Assembly (NCBI GenBank): GCA_035541015.1
Contig: DATLFM010000097.1
Coordinates: 719 to 64,718 of the forward strand
Source of the DNA: Thermoplasmatota archaeon
GTDB taxonomy: Archaea > Thermoplasmatota > SW-10-69-26 > JACQPN01 > JAIVGT01
Direction: 5' to 3'
DNA: 64,000 bases
This document shows positions 44,270 to 53,551 of the stretch, one piece after another (positions within the stretch are counted from its first letter, which is position 1; the number at the start of each line of letters is the position of its first letter). Made by a program: the position numbers and the translations under genes. The notes below the pieces were generated by a model. That model was not told the origin of the DNA, searched no databases, and saw nothing but the letters and a program-made list of their open reading frames with translations.

Positions 44270-45340
44270 ATGGCCAAGCTGACGTTGGCGTCGTTGTCCT
44301 CCCGCCTGTTCTCGGGCAACTACCCCTACGTCACGGCGCGCGTCCGCGCCAAGAAGCCAAAGCTCCTCCCGAAGGAGCAATACCAGCGCCTGGCGACGAT
44401 GAGCCCGCCCGAGATCGCGCGCTCGCTGCAGGAAGGCACGTACCGCAAGGAGATCGACGAGCTCGCCCAGCGGTACACGGGCGCCCGGCTCGTGGAGATG
44501 GCCACGCGCCTCAACCTCGCCCGCACCTACACCGAGGTGCGAGGCTTCGCGCGCGGCGAGGTCGAGACGGTCGTGACGCTCATCCTCCAGCGCTACGACG
44601 TCTACAACGTGAAGACGATCCTGCGCGGGAAGTTCGCGAACGTGCCCCCCGAGGAGGTCCAAGACCAGCTCGTCCCCGCCGGCGCGCTGTCGGCCGACGA
44701 CCTTGCGGGCCTGCTTCGGCTGGGCAGCATGGAAGAGGTCGTGGAGCGCCTGCAAGCGACGCCGTACGGGGACATCCTCAAGGAGAGCCTGGCGCGCGGC
44801 GTGCAGAGCCTCACGGACCTCGAAAACGCGCTCGACAAGCGCTACTACGCGCAGCTCCTCCACGCCGTCGAACCCGGAAACGAGCCCAACCGCGCGTTCC
44901 TCAAGTGGGTCCGCTTCGAGATCGACGCGCTCAACCTCAAGACGGCGCTTCGCCTGCGGGCCGACCGCATCGAGGAGCTTGGCGACCTCCACGTCCCGGG
45001 CGGCTCCGAAACGCCGGAGGAGCGCGTCAAGCGCTGGCTTCGCGCAAGCCCCGACGAGCTCCAGAGCGACGTCGCGAGCCTTCCGTTCGGCAAGGGCGCC
45101 CTGGCCGAGAAGCTCCGAGGCTTTGTCGAGCGCGGCGAACTCTCCGGCGTCGTGGCCGCGCTCGACAAGCAGCTCATCCTCTCGGCGCAGAGCTTCAGCC
45201 ACCGCTACCCGCTGTCGGTGCTTCCCGTCGTCGACTACGTGCTTCGAAAGAAGGTCGAGGTGGACAATCTGCGCGTGCTTGCGCTTGGCAAGGCCGCGGG
45301 CCTTCCCGAGGCCACGCTCAAGGAGCTCCTGATCGTATGA
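44270..45340 (+). CDS. atpC: A-type ATP synthase subunit C (d-subunit)
   Basis: 356-aa helical protein starting MAKLTLASLSSRLFSGNYPYVTARVRAKK, which is typical of AhaC. Confidence 0.85.
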   Translation: MAKLTLASLSSRLFSGNYPYVTARVRAKKPKLLPKEQYQRLATMSPPEIARSLQEGTYRKEIDELAQRYTGARLVEMATRLNLARTYTEVRGFARGEVETVVTLILQRYDVYNVKTILRGKFANVPPEEVQDQLVPAGALSADDLAGLLRLGSMEEVVERLQATPYGDILKESLARGVQSLTDLENALDKRYYAQLLHAVEPGNEPNRAFLKWVRFEIDALNLKTALRLRADRIEELGDLHVPGGSETPEERVKRWLRASPDELQSDVASLPFGKGALAEKLRGFVERGELSGVVAALDKQLILSAQSFSHRYPLSVLPVVDYVLRKKVEVDNLRVLALGKAAGLPEATLKELLIV

Positions 45341-45639
45341 AGGAAATCGCCGTGCTGGGTCCCGAAGAGTTCGTCGTGGGCTTCCGCTTGGCGGGCGTGT
45401 CCCGCACGACCACGACGGACGAGGGCGCCTTCGCCGCCGACCTCGAGAAGCAGCTTGCGGCCGGCAACGTCGGGATCCTCGTCGTTCCCGGCGAGTGGGC
45501 GGCCAAGGCCCCCGCGAGCCTGCGCCGCCGGCTCGTCGAGTCGATCGACCCCGTCGTGATCCAGCTTGGCGGCGAGGCGGGAACCGACGACCTGCGCGAG
45601 AAGGTCAAGCGCGCCATCGGCATCGATCTCTACAAATGA
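45337..45639 (+). CDS. atpF: A-type ATP synthase subunit F
   Basis: 100 aa, MKEIAVLGPEEFVVGFRLAGV... There is a 4-bp ATGA overlap with the atpC stop. Confidence 0.85.
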   Translation: MKEIAVLGPEEFVVGFRLAGVSRTTTTDEGAFAADLEKQLAAGNVGILVVPGEWAAKAPASLRRRLVESIDPVVIQLGGEAGTDDLREKVKRAIGIDLYK

Positions 45640-45668
45640 CGGAATTGCAGCTCACCAGGTGAACCACA

Positions 45669-47426
45669 ATGGCAACCGCGCAACTTGCAACGGAGAAGGG
45701 CGTCGTCTACCGCGTGGCCGGTCCGGTCGTCACGGCCTCGGGCCTCCGCTCGCGCATGTACGACGTCGTGTTCGTCGGCAAGGAGGAGCTCATGGGCGAG
45801 GTCATCGAGATCGCCGGCGACAAGACGGTCGTCCAGGTCTACGAGGACACCTCCGGCATCCGCCCCGGCGAGCCCGTGCGCGAGACCGGCCAGCCGCTCG
45901 TGGTCGAGCTTGGCCCCGGACTTCTAACCTCCATCTACGACGGCATCCAGCGCCCGCTTGTCGTCCTCAAGGACAAGATGGGCGACTTCATCAGCCGCGG
46001 CGTGCTCGCGCCCGGCCTCGACCGCGCGAAGAAGTGGGACTTCACGCCCACGGTCAAGCGCGGCGACACGGTGGGCCCCGGCCAGAAGATCGGCACCGTG
46101 CAGGAGACGCCCACGATCCTCCACCACATCATGGTGCCGCCCAACGCCAAAGGCGGCAAGGTGGCCGAGATCAAGTCCGGCTCGTTCACGGTCGAGGACG
46201 TGATTGGCAAGCTCGACGACGGCACGGAGCTTCGCCTCATGCAGAAGTGGCCCGTCCGCCAGTCGCGCCCCGTCAAGGAGAAGCTTCGCCCCGACATCCC
46301 GCTTGTGACGGGCACGCGCATCCTCGACGGCCTGTTCCCCGTCGCCAAGGGCGGCACGGCGGCGATTCCCGGTCCCTTCGGCTCGGGCAAGACGGTCACG
46401 CAGCAGACGCTTGCCAAGTGGTCGGACGCCGAGATCGTCGTCTACATCGGCTGCGGCGAGCGCGGCAACGAGATGACCGAGGTCCTGACCGAGTTCCCCG
46501 AGCTCAAGGACCCCAAGACCGGCGGTCCCCTCATGAACCGCACCGTGCTCATCGCCAACACGAGCAACATGCCCGTCGCGGCGCGCGAGGCGTCCGTGTA
46601 CACGGGCATCGCCATCGCGGAGTACTACCGCGACATGGGCTACGACGTCTCCCTCATGGCCGACTCCACCTCCCGGTGGGCCGAGGCCATGCGCGAGATC
46701 TCCTCGCGCCTCGAGGAGATGCCCGGCGAGGAAGGCTACCCCGCCTACCTCGCGGCCAAGCTCGCCGAGTTCTACGAGCGCGCCGGCCGCGCCGTCACGC
46801 TCTCGGGCGAGACGGGATCCGTCACGGCCATCGGCGCCGTCTCGCCGCCCGGCGGCGACTTCTCCGAGCCCGTCACGCAGAACACGCTTCGCATCGTGAA
46901 GGTCTTCTGGGCCCTTGACGCCAAGCTCGCCCAGCGCCGGCACTTCCCGAGCATCAACTGGCTCAACTCGTACTCCCTCTACCAGGACCTCCTGCAGGAC
47001 TGGTACAGGAAGAACGTGGCCGAGGACTGGAGCCAGATCCGCAACTGGACCATGGACACGCTGCAGACCGAGGCCGAGCTTCAGGACATCGTGCAGCTCG
47101 TGGGCTCGGACGCGCTTCCCGACGAGCAGCAGGTCACGCTCGAGGTCGCGCGCATGCTGCGCGAGATCTTCCTCCAGCAGAACGCCTTCCACCCGATCGA
47201 CACGTTTGCGCCCCTTGCCCGCCAGTACAAGATCCTCACGGCCATCAAGAAGTTCGACACGCTTGCCCGCGCGGCGCTTGCCCGCGGCGTGCCGGTGAAG
47301 GCCATCCAGGGAATCAAGGCCAAGGCCGAACTCTCGAAGGCCCGCTTCGAAGCGAACTTCGACGAGCTGTACGTGAAGATCGTGCAGCAGATGGACCAAG
47401 AGTTCGCCGGGCTCGAGAAGGCGTAG
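45669..47426 (+). CDS. atpA: A-type ATP synthase catalytic subunit A
   Basis: 585 aa. It carries Walker A GPFGSGKT, the non-homologous insert region and the C-terminal helical domain. Confidence 0.95.
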   Translation: MATAQLATEKGVVYRVAGPVVTASGLRSRMYDVVFVGKEELMGEVIEIAGDKTVVQVYEDTSGIRPGEPVRETGQPLVVELGPGLLTSIYDGIQRPLVVLKDKMGDFISRGVLAPGLDRAKKWDFTPTVKRGDTVGPGQKIGTVQETPTILHHIMVPPNAKGGKVAEIKSGSFTVEDVIGKLDDGTELRLMQKWPVRQSRPVKEKLRPDIPLVTGTRILDGLFPVAKGGTAAIPGPFGSGKTVTQQTLAKWSDAEIVVYIGCGERGNEMTEVLTEFPELKDPKTGGPLMNRTVLIANTSNMPVAAREASVYTGIAIAEYYRDMGYDVSLMADSTSRWAEAMREISSRLEEMPGEEGYPAYLAAKLAEFYERAGRAVTLSGETGSVTAIGAVSPPGGDFSEPVTQNTLRIVKVFWALDAKLAQRRHFPSINWLNSYSLYQDLLQDWYRKNVAEDWSQIRNWTMDTLQTEAELQDIVQLVGSDALPDEQQVTLEVARMLREIFLQQNAFHPIDTFAPLARQYKILTAIKKFDTLARAALARGVPVKAIQGIKAKAELSKARFEANFDELYVKIVQQMDQEFAGLEKA

Positions 47427-47483
47427 GTGCTGGCCGCCCAGACGCGTCGCTCCAGGCTTCCACTTTGGCCCCGGCGGCCGGCG

Positions 47484-47849
47484 CTAGAGTTCCCACGCTT
47501 CGCCGGCCCTCACAAGAGGCTCGTCCTCCCCGCCGCTTGCGACCTGCGGCGCCTCCTCAAGGCCGACGCTCTCGACGAGGGCCTTCAGCGAAGCAAGGTA
47601 GGCGTGGAACGCCTCGATTCCCCGCGGCGTGATCCGAAACCGCACCTCAAACGAAAGGTCCGCCAACACGCGCGAACTCTCCAGAAAGCCCGCTTCCTCC
47701 AGCTTGGCCGCATGGCTCGCGAGGTTTCCGCTCGTTAGCCCAAGTCCCCTCTGAAGGACCACGAACGAAGCCTGACGATTCCGGTACAACGCCGCAAGGA
47801 TGCGCAGACGTTGCGGCTGATGGATCACAGGATCGATCGCTGGGAGCAC
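47484..47849 (-). CDS. Winged-helix transcriptional regulator (ArsR/PadR-like)
   Basis: 121 aa. The segment QRLRILAALYRNRQASFVVLQRGLGLTSGNLASHAAKLEEAGFL is a wHTH. It is convergent with atpA. Confidence 0.55.
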   Translation of the reverse strand: MLPAIDPVIHQPQRLRILAALYRNRQASFVVLQRGLGLTSGNLASHAAKLEEAGFLESSRVLADLSFEVRFRITPRGIEAFHAYLASLKALVESVGLEEAPQVASGGEDEPLVRAGEAWEL

Positions 47850-47852
47850 GCG

Positions 47853-48650
47853 CTACCCCCGCAGCGCCTGCCAGAGGCCGGCCACAATGGGAACGCCGCC
47901 TGTGACGACCGACCCCGCCAGCAACAAGTTCGTAAGCCGAACGAAAACGTCCGACGGATCGCCCGCGATCCCCGGCAAGGCGTACGTGACCCCGAGCGCA
48001 GCCACAAACATGGCCACGCCGATGATCATCGTTACCCTGCGGCCAAGCGCCGTTGCGCCATGCAAATTGAGAAGGCCCAACGCATACCAGGCCAGCCCCA
48101 AACCTGCGAAGATCGCGCCCGGGCTTCGGGCCGGCGGCAGGAGCCAGGCCATGATGCCCACGCCGGCGAGCACGAAAAATGCGAAGAGGCAAACCGCAAG
48201 GGCGCGCTGCCAAAAGACGCGGCCGAGCGGCTGGACAAGCGCCGCGACGCGCCAAAGGACGTGCGTCACCGCCAGGCCCAGCAGAATCCACAGGACCGCA
48301 AGCAGATACATTTCCAGGCCCGGCTCGTACGTCCGCACGATCGTTTGTGTCCCCGACGGAATCGGGGATGAGAGGTCGACAAGCGCGCGGATCGAGGCCT
48401 GCTGGAACATGGCAAGAAAACTCAGCAGGAAGCCGAGCGTGACGATGCCCCAGGCCATCCACGTAAGGCCTTCGGTGCGCCTGCGAAACGGCTCCTCGAA
48501 GCGTGTCGCCGCATCGATGATGTCGATCGCCCGGCCAACCGACAGCGCATTTGGACCTTGCGTCACGTGCATCGCCTCCGGATTCCTCGTTCCCTTCAAA
48601 GAACCGCCGGTTCGGCGGGGCGGTACGCGGGGCGCGCGCAACGGAAGCAA
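47853..48650 (-). CDS. Hypothetical polytopic membrane protein
   Basis: 265-aa ORF with 6-7 TM segments. It sits 3 bp upstream of the regulator gene (operon). Confidence 0.4.
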   Translation of the reverse strand: MLPLRAPRVPPRRTGGSLKGTRNPEAMHVTQGPNALSVGRAIDIIDAATRFEEPFRRRTEGLTWMAWGIVTLGFLLSFLAMFQQASIRALVDLSSPIPSGTQTIVRTYEPGLEMYLLAVLWILLGLAVTHVLWRVAALVQPLGRVFWQRALAVCLFAFFVLAGVGIMAWLLPPARSPGAIFAGLGLAWYALGLLNLHGATALGRRVTMIIGVAMFVAALGVTYALPGIAGDPSDVFVRLTNLLLAGSVVTGGVPIVAGLWQALRG

Positions 48651-48829
48651 AGGCTTGATACGACCAAGCCCTCAAGCCGGAGCCGGGGACACAAGCCGAT
48701 CGTTCCCGCGCACTTGCAGCACCGCACCGGGACTTGCTCGCTCATGCGTCAACGTAGGCGCACCTGGATCATAGCGAGCCCCGCCTTTTTGGCCCGCAAA
48801 GACGGTTTGCGGCGCAAAGAACCGAAACT

Positions 48830-49801
48830 CTAGGAGATCGTCAGCATCGCCTGGTACGTCGCCGAGACGCCCGAGCCCAACGGCGCGGACGAGGACAACC
48901 GCACCGAAAGCTCGTACGCTCCCGGCGCCCGCAGGTCGTAGCGCGCGTAGGTCACGCGGCCCGAGGCTTGCGAGGTCGTCGGAGCGATCTCGGAGCCGCC
49001 AAGCAGGATCGAGAACTGCGCGGAGTCGGTCGGAAGCGATCCGCCGTACTGGAACGAGACCTCAAGCGTGCGGTCGCCGGGGCCCACCTCGAAGGAATGG
49101 CTGTCCCGCGGCCGCACCGCGTCCACCGTTCCCTGGAACTGCAGCACGCGCGCCTGCGGCGGCGGGGGATCGATGGGCGGGATCGTGAAGTTGCGGTCGC
49201 CCGTCACGCGATTGAGCACGTCGCCTGCGCGCGCGCCCAGCGTCGCGATCGCAAACCGCCCGCGCTCGCGGCTCTCCGCGTGCACGGACCACACGGGGTC
49301 CGACGCGGCGTCGGGCATGGCAAGCACCAGGAACATCCGCGCGTCGGCGGCCTCCACGATCGTCTGGAACTCGGCGTCCGCGCGCGCGATCTCGACGGCG
49401 CGCGTGCTGTCGACCTCCCAGCGGGCGAGGGGGACCTTGGGCATCTGGGGACCCGGCCCGTAGTCGGATCCGGCCGCAAGGACGGTGCCGTTGCGGAACG
49501 CCATCGTCACGAACGTCGCGTTGGCGCCGGCGCTGTACCAGAGGACCTGCCAGGCCGTCGCGCGCCCGTCGCCCACGTTTGGGTCCTCCTCCATGCGCAC
49601 GGAGAAGCCGGGCATCTCGAAGAGATCGCCGCGCATCTCGGCGCCGGCAAGCGCGACCGGCTGCGCGTCGCCCTGCCATTCGCGCGCTCGCGACTCGCTT
49701 CGGGCCACGGCGTCCTTGGCGGTGATCCCCGCGTCGGAGCCGCCCAGGCAACCGGCGACGAAGGATCCGACGAAGAGCAAGGCGACGAGGGCGTGGCGCA
49801 T
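48830..49801 (-). CDS. Secreted hypothetical lipoprotein
   Basis: The N-terminus MRHALVALLFVGSFVAGCLGG has a lipobox VAGC. No catalytic motif is recognized. Confidence 0.5.
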   Translation of the reverse strand: MRHALVALLFVGSFVAGCLGGSDAGITAKDAVARSESRAREWQGDAQPVALAGAEMRGDLFEMPGFSVRMEEDPNVGDGRATAWQVLWYSAGANATFVTMAFRNGTVLAAGSDYGPGPQMPKVPLARWEVDSTRAVEIARADAEFQTIVEAADARMFLVLAMPDAASDPVWSVHAESRERGRFAIATLGARAGDVLNRVTGDRNFTIPPIDPPPPQARVLQFQGTVDAVRPRDSHSFEVGPGDRTLEVSFQYGGSLPTDSAQFSILLGGSEIAPTTSQASGRVTYARYDLRAPGAYELSVRLSSSAPLGSGVSATYQAMLTIS

Positions 49802-49849
49802 GCGGCGGCAATCGTGCGGGCGACCGTGAAGCTTTCCACCGGACGCGCG

Positions 49850-49877
49850 ATGTATACGTACGTATACATCCGTATGC
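49850..49877. repeat. Perfect 20-bp palindrome ATGTATACGTACGTATACAT plus a third degenerate hexamer. Together they give three GTATAC-like units at 10-bp phasing in a divergent intergenic region.
   Basis: GTATAC is at 49852 and 49862, and GTATGC at 49872. The palindrome spans 49850..49869. It lies between the lipoprotein gene (minus, start 49801) and aguB (plus, start 49911). Confidence 0.75.
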
Positions 49878-49910
49878 GTCGGACGTGCGGGGCGCCCGCC
49901 GCGCGGACGT

Positions 49911-50822
49911 TTGCTGCGGAACGCTTATGCCGGCGCGTTCGTTCGAGTCGCGATGAGCCCGACCGTGCGCGTGGCCCTGCTCCAGACGCACGCAAGCGCG
50001 GACCCCGAGGACAACCTTCGCCGCACGCTTGCGCTTGCGCGCGAGGCGGCCGCCCGCGGCGCGAAGATCGTCTGTCTGCAGGAGCTGTACCGGACGGAGT
50101 ACTTCCCGCGCGAGGAGAGCCAGGCGAACTTCCGACTCGCCGAGACGATCCCGGGGCCCAGCACGGAGGCTTTCTCCGCCCTGGCGCGCGAGACGGGCGT
50201 CGTGCTCGTCGTCCCGATCTTCGAGAAGCGCGCGGCCGGGCTTTACCACAACAGCCTCGCCGTGATCGACGCCGACGGGCGCCTCGTTGGCGTCTACCGC
50301 AAGATGCACATCCCCGACGACCCGTGCTTCTTCGAGAAGTTCTACTTCGCGCCCGGCGACACGGGCTTTTGCGCCTTCGACACGCGGTACGGCCGCGTGG
50401 CGGCGCTCATCTGCTGGGATCAGTGGTACCCCGAGGGCGCGCGGCTGGCGGCGCTTGCGGGCGCGCAGTTCCTCTTCTATCCGACCGCGATCGGTTACCA
50501 CCCCAACGACGCGGGCGTGGCGCACGTGCAGCGCGACGCGTGGGAGACGATCCAGCGCTCGCACGCGATCGCAAACGGCGTCTTCGTGGGCGCGGCCAAC
50601 CGCGTGGGGCGCGAGGACGAGGTCGTCTTCTGGGGCGCCTCCTTCGTGGCGGGCCCCTTTGGCGAGGTGCTCGCGCGCGCCTCGCAGGACAAGGAGGAGA
50701 TCCTGCTTGCCGATTGCGATCTTTCGCAGATCGAGAGCGCGCGTCACGGTTGGCCCTTCCTGCGCGACCGGCGCATCGACGCCTACGACGGCCTGACGAA
50801 GAGGTTCCTCGATGCGGCCTAG
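49911..50822 (+). CDS. aguB: N-carbamoylputrescine amidohydrolase (nitrilase-superfamily C-N hydrolase)
   Basis: The sequence VRVALLQT...IVCLQEL...ICWDQWYPE... shows the catalytic Glu-Lys-Cys triad layout. The ORF starts at TTG 49911, and the internal Met at 49953 is the likely start. Confidence 0.8.
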   Translation: MLRNAYAGAFVRVAMSPTVRVALLQTHASADPEDNLRRTLALAREAAARGAKIVCLQELYRTEYFPREESQANFRLAETIPGPSTEAFSALARETGVVLVVPIFEKRAAGLYHNSLAVIDADGRLVGVYRKMHIPDDPCFFEKFYFAPGDTGFCAFDTRYGRVAALICWDQWYPEGARLAALAGAQFLFYPTAIGYHPNDAGVAHVQRDAWETIQRSHAIANGVFVGAANRVGREDEVVFWGASFVAGPFGEVLARASQDKEEILLADCDLSQIESARHGWPFLRDRRIDAYDGLTKRFLDAA

Positions 50823-51876
50823 CGAAGCGCGCAAGGCAAGCCCTCCGGGTCCCACGCCCCGCGAGCTTGGCTACGCCATGCCTGCCGAGTGGGCGCCGCA
50901 GGAGACCGTTTGGCTCGCGTGGCCGCACGATCCGCTCACCTTCCCCGGCCGCATCCCGCAGGTGGAGACGATCTACCACCAGGCCATCCGCGCGCTCACG
51001 CGAAACGGCCGCGTGGACCTTCTCGTGAGCAACGCCGACGAGCGGCAGCGCGTGGAGGCGTGGGCGTCTCGCGAGGGCGTGGGGAACCTCCGGCTGCACG
51101 ACGTCCCGGTGGCCGACGTGTGGATCCGCGACTACGGCCCCACGTTCGTGAGGGGTCCGCGCGGCGTGGCCATGGTCGACTGGCTGTTCAACGCGTGGGG
51201 CGACAAGTACCCGACGCTTCGGCCCGACGGCGTGGTTCCTCGGCTCCTTGCGCCCAAGCTTGGGGTCCCCCGCTTCGAGCCGCAGGTCGTCATGGAGGGC
51301 GGAAGCTTCGACGTGAACGGCGAGGGCGCCGTGCTCACGACCGAGCAGTGCCTTCTCCACGAGAACCGCAACCCGCACCTCTCGCGCGAGCGCATCGAAG
51401 GCGTGCTGCGCGACTTCCTTGGCGCGGAGACGGTCCTTTGGCTGGGCGAGGGCGTCGTGGGGGACGACACGGACGGGCACGTGGACGACGTCGCCCGCTT
51501 CGTCGCGCCCGACACCGTGCTCGCTTGCATGGAAGAGGACCCGCACCATCCCAACCACGCGATCCTCGCCGAGAACGGGAAGCGACTTTCGTCCATGCGC
51601 GATCCGCGCGGGCGCCCGTTCAAGCTCGTTCCGCTTCCCATGCCCGGAGACGTGCTCGACGACGAGGGCGAGCCGCTGCCGGCAAGCTACGCGAACTTCC
51701 TTGTCGCAAACGGCGTCGTGCTGCTGCCCGTGTTCGGGCACGCCAACGACGAGCGCGCCGTCCGCACGCTCGAAGCCTGCTTCCCGGACCGCGCCGTCGT
51801 CCCCCTGCGGTGCGAGGACATGGTCCACGGCATGGGCACGCTGCATTGCGCAAGCCAACAGCAGCCCGCCGCGTGA
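50812..51876 (+). CDS. aguA: Agmatine deiminase (PAD-type)
   Basis: RELGYAMPAEWAPQETVWLAWPH... and the C-terminal catalytic Cys in ...HGMGTLHCASQQQP are present. It overlaps the aguB end by 11 bp. Confidence 0.85.
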   Translation: MRPSEARKASPPGPTPRELGYAMPAEWAPQETVWLAWPHDPLTFPGRIPQVETIYHQAIRALTRNGRVDLLVSNADERQRVEAWASREGVGNLRLHDVPVADVWIRDYGPTFVRGPRGVAMVDWLFNAWGDKYPTLRPDGVVPRLLAPKLGVPRFEPQVVMEGGSFDVNGEGAVLTTEQCLLHENRNPHLSRERIEGVLRDFLGAETVLWLGEGVVGDDTDGHVDDVARFVAPDTVLACMEEDPHHPNHAILAENGKRLSSMRDPRGRPFKLVPLPMPGDVLDDEGEPLPASYANFLVANGVVLLPVFGHANDERAVRTLEACFPDRAVVPLRCEDMVHGMGTLHCASQQQPAA

Positions 51877-51925
51877 CCGGTGCAAACCGAAACGCACAAA
51901 GCCCCGGCCGAAGCCTTTTCCCTTG

Positions 51926-52204
51926 ATGCCCGAGTTCGAGACGCTCGAGTCCAACAAGATCGACTTCAAGGACGGCGGCGAGTTCCTCGAACTCTCCATC
52001 AATGTCGTGCGCGACGGCAAGCGCGAGACGCGCTACCTTCGGCTGGCGCGCGGGTACTACGACAAGGAGGGCCAGCCCAAGTACAAGAAGGGCGGCGTGA
52101 CGCTCCCGCGCGACCCCGAGGCGCTCGCCAAGCTGGGCGAGGCCCTGAAGGCCGTGGACCTGTCCAAGCTTGGGGCCCCGGCCGGCGGCGCGGAGCCCGA
52201 ATAG
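51926..52204 (+). CDS. PC4/YdbC-like ssDNA-binding small protein (transcriptional coactivator p15 fold), 92 aa
   Basis: It forms the C-terminal portion of ORF 51419..52204. The sequence KIDFKDGGEFLELSINVVRDGKRETRYLRLARGYYDKEGQPKYKKGGVTLPRDPEALAKLGEAL matches the PC4 C-terminal domain pattern (vsv.e..gk.y.diReyy..dG...PtkKGisL...ew..L). Confidence 0.5.
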   Translation: MPEFETLESNKIDFKDGGEFLELSINVVRDGKRETRYLRLARGYYDKEGQPKYKKGGVTLPRDPEALAKLGEALKAVDLSKLGAPAGGAEPE

Positions 52205-52254
52205 GCGGCCGTCCCACCGAAATTGCTTTGCGTGCGGCGCCGGATGTGCGCCCG

Positions 52255-52875
52255 ATGGACCTCGAGCGCATCAAGGGACTGGGACCCAAGTTCGCGGCGG
52301 CGCTTCGCGATCAGGGCGTCCGCGGCCTGGAAGAGCTTCGCGACGTGGACGTGGCCCGCGTCTCGGCCGCAACGGGCATCTCCGAGGCCGTGCTCGCCGA
52401 GTGGCAGCGGGAGGCGACCCTCCTCCTGTCCCGGTCGGTGGACGCGGCCGCCGGCGCGATCGAGTCGGCAAGCGCGATTGCCTCCCGCATGATGGACGAG
52501 AGCGAGCGCACGCTTGCGGACGTCACGCACGCGGCCGACGACGCCACGCGCGAGCTTCGCGTCGTGCTCCAGGATCGAGCCAGAGGAGCGCTCGTGCGCG
52601 TGGGCGCCACGCGGGTCCTCGACGACCTGCCCGTGTACGTCGCCAAGCTGCAGGAGAAGGAGGAGGAGATCCTCCGGCGCGTCCAGCACGACGTGGTCGT
52701 GCTCCGCGAGAAGGCCGATACGGCCCTCGTCCGCGTGGAGGGCGTCGTCCACGAGAACGTTCCCGTCTTCCGGAAGGCCCTCGAGCGCGGCGCGGAGGAG
52801 GTCCGCGTGGCCGTCGACGAGGCGCGCGAGGGCGGACCGGCGACGCTGCTTCGCCGGTGGCTCAAGAAAGCCTGA
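52255..52875 (+). CDS. Helix-hairpin-helix (DUF4332-like) domain protein with a coiled-coil C-terminus
   Basis: The start is the internal Met MDLERIKGLGPKFAAALRDQGVRGLEELRDVDVARVSAATGISEAV, an HhH motif, within ORF 51880..52875. Confidence 0.4.
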   Translation: MDLERIKGLGPKFAAALRDQGVRGLEELRDVDVARVSAATGISEAVLAEWQREATLLLSRSVDAAAGAIESASAIASRMMDESERTLADVTHAADDATRELRVVLQDRARGALVRVGATRVLDDLPVYVAKLQEKEEEILRRVQHDVVVLREKADTALVRVEGVVHENVPVFRKALERGAEEVRVAVDEAREGGPATLLRRWLKKA

Positions 52876-52876
52876 C

Positions 52877-53539
52877 TCAAAGGTAGCCGAGGGCGTCCTC
52901 GAGGCGGTTCATCTCGGGCCCCGTCGTGAGCTTGCCGATCGCCGCCCCGTGCGAGTTCGCCACGACGCCGGCGCCGATGAACGGCATGCCGTGGTTGATC
53001 GTGCCGATCTCCACCGGCACCTTGAGCGTCTCCTCGACCACGACGATCTCCTCCTCGGAGATCTTGGGGTGGCAGAGCACGCCCTTGTTCGTGGCGGCGG
53101 CGGCGCTGCCGACCGTCTTGTGGCCGGCGATCGTGCCGCGCGCGACGGGCACGCCAAGGGCCCGCTCGATCTCGCGCACCGACGCGTCGTCGAGGTCCGC
53201 GTTGACAAGCGCGCCGCGGTCGTTGGCAAGCACGTTGTTGCCGGCGGCGTTCCACGTCCCGCCCAGAAGCGCCACCTCGAGGCCGGCGCGTCGGAGCTTG
53301 GCGATCTCCTCCTGCTCGGCGAAGTCGGCCACGACGGCGCCTCGACGGTTGAGCGCGACGCAGGCGCCGACGATCGTGGCGCCCCCGACGAGGATGGGCA
53401 CGGGCGCGGTGGCGAGCGATTCCGCGATGCGCCGCACGGCGGACGGCTCCGTGGGGGTCGGAACGAGCACGAGCGCGTCGGACGCCTTGGCAAAGACGCC
53501 GACGTGCGGGCTGCCCGCGAGCTCGAGCGTGAAGAGCAT
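52877..53539 (-). CDS. eif6: Translation initiation factor 6 (aIF6)
   Basis: 220 aa with the five-fold pseudo-symmetric repeats typical of eIF6 (AGSPHVGVF, VGGATIVG, NDRGALV...). Confidence 0.9.
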   Translation of the reverse strand: MLFTLELAGSPHVGVFAKASDALVLVPTPTEPSAVRRIAESLATAPVPILVGGATIVGACVALNRRGAVVADFAEQEEIAKLRRAGLEVALLGGTWNAAGNNVLANDRGALVNADLDDASVREIERALGVPVARGTIAGHKTVGSAAAATNKGVLCHPKISEEEIVVVEETLKVPVEIGTINHGMPFIGAGVVANSHGAAIGKLTTGPEMNRLEDALGYL

Positions 53540-53551
53540 GGGGCCCTGGCC

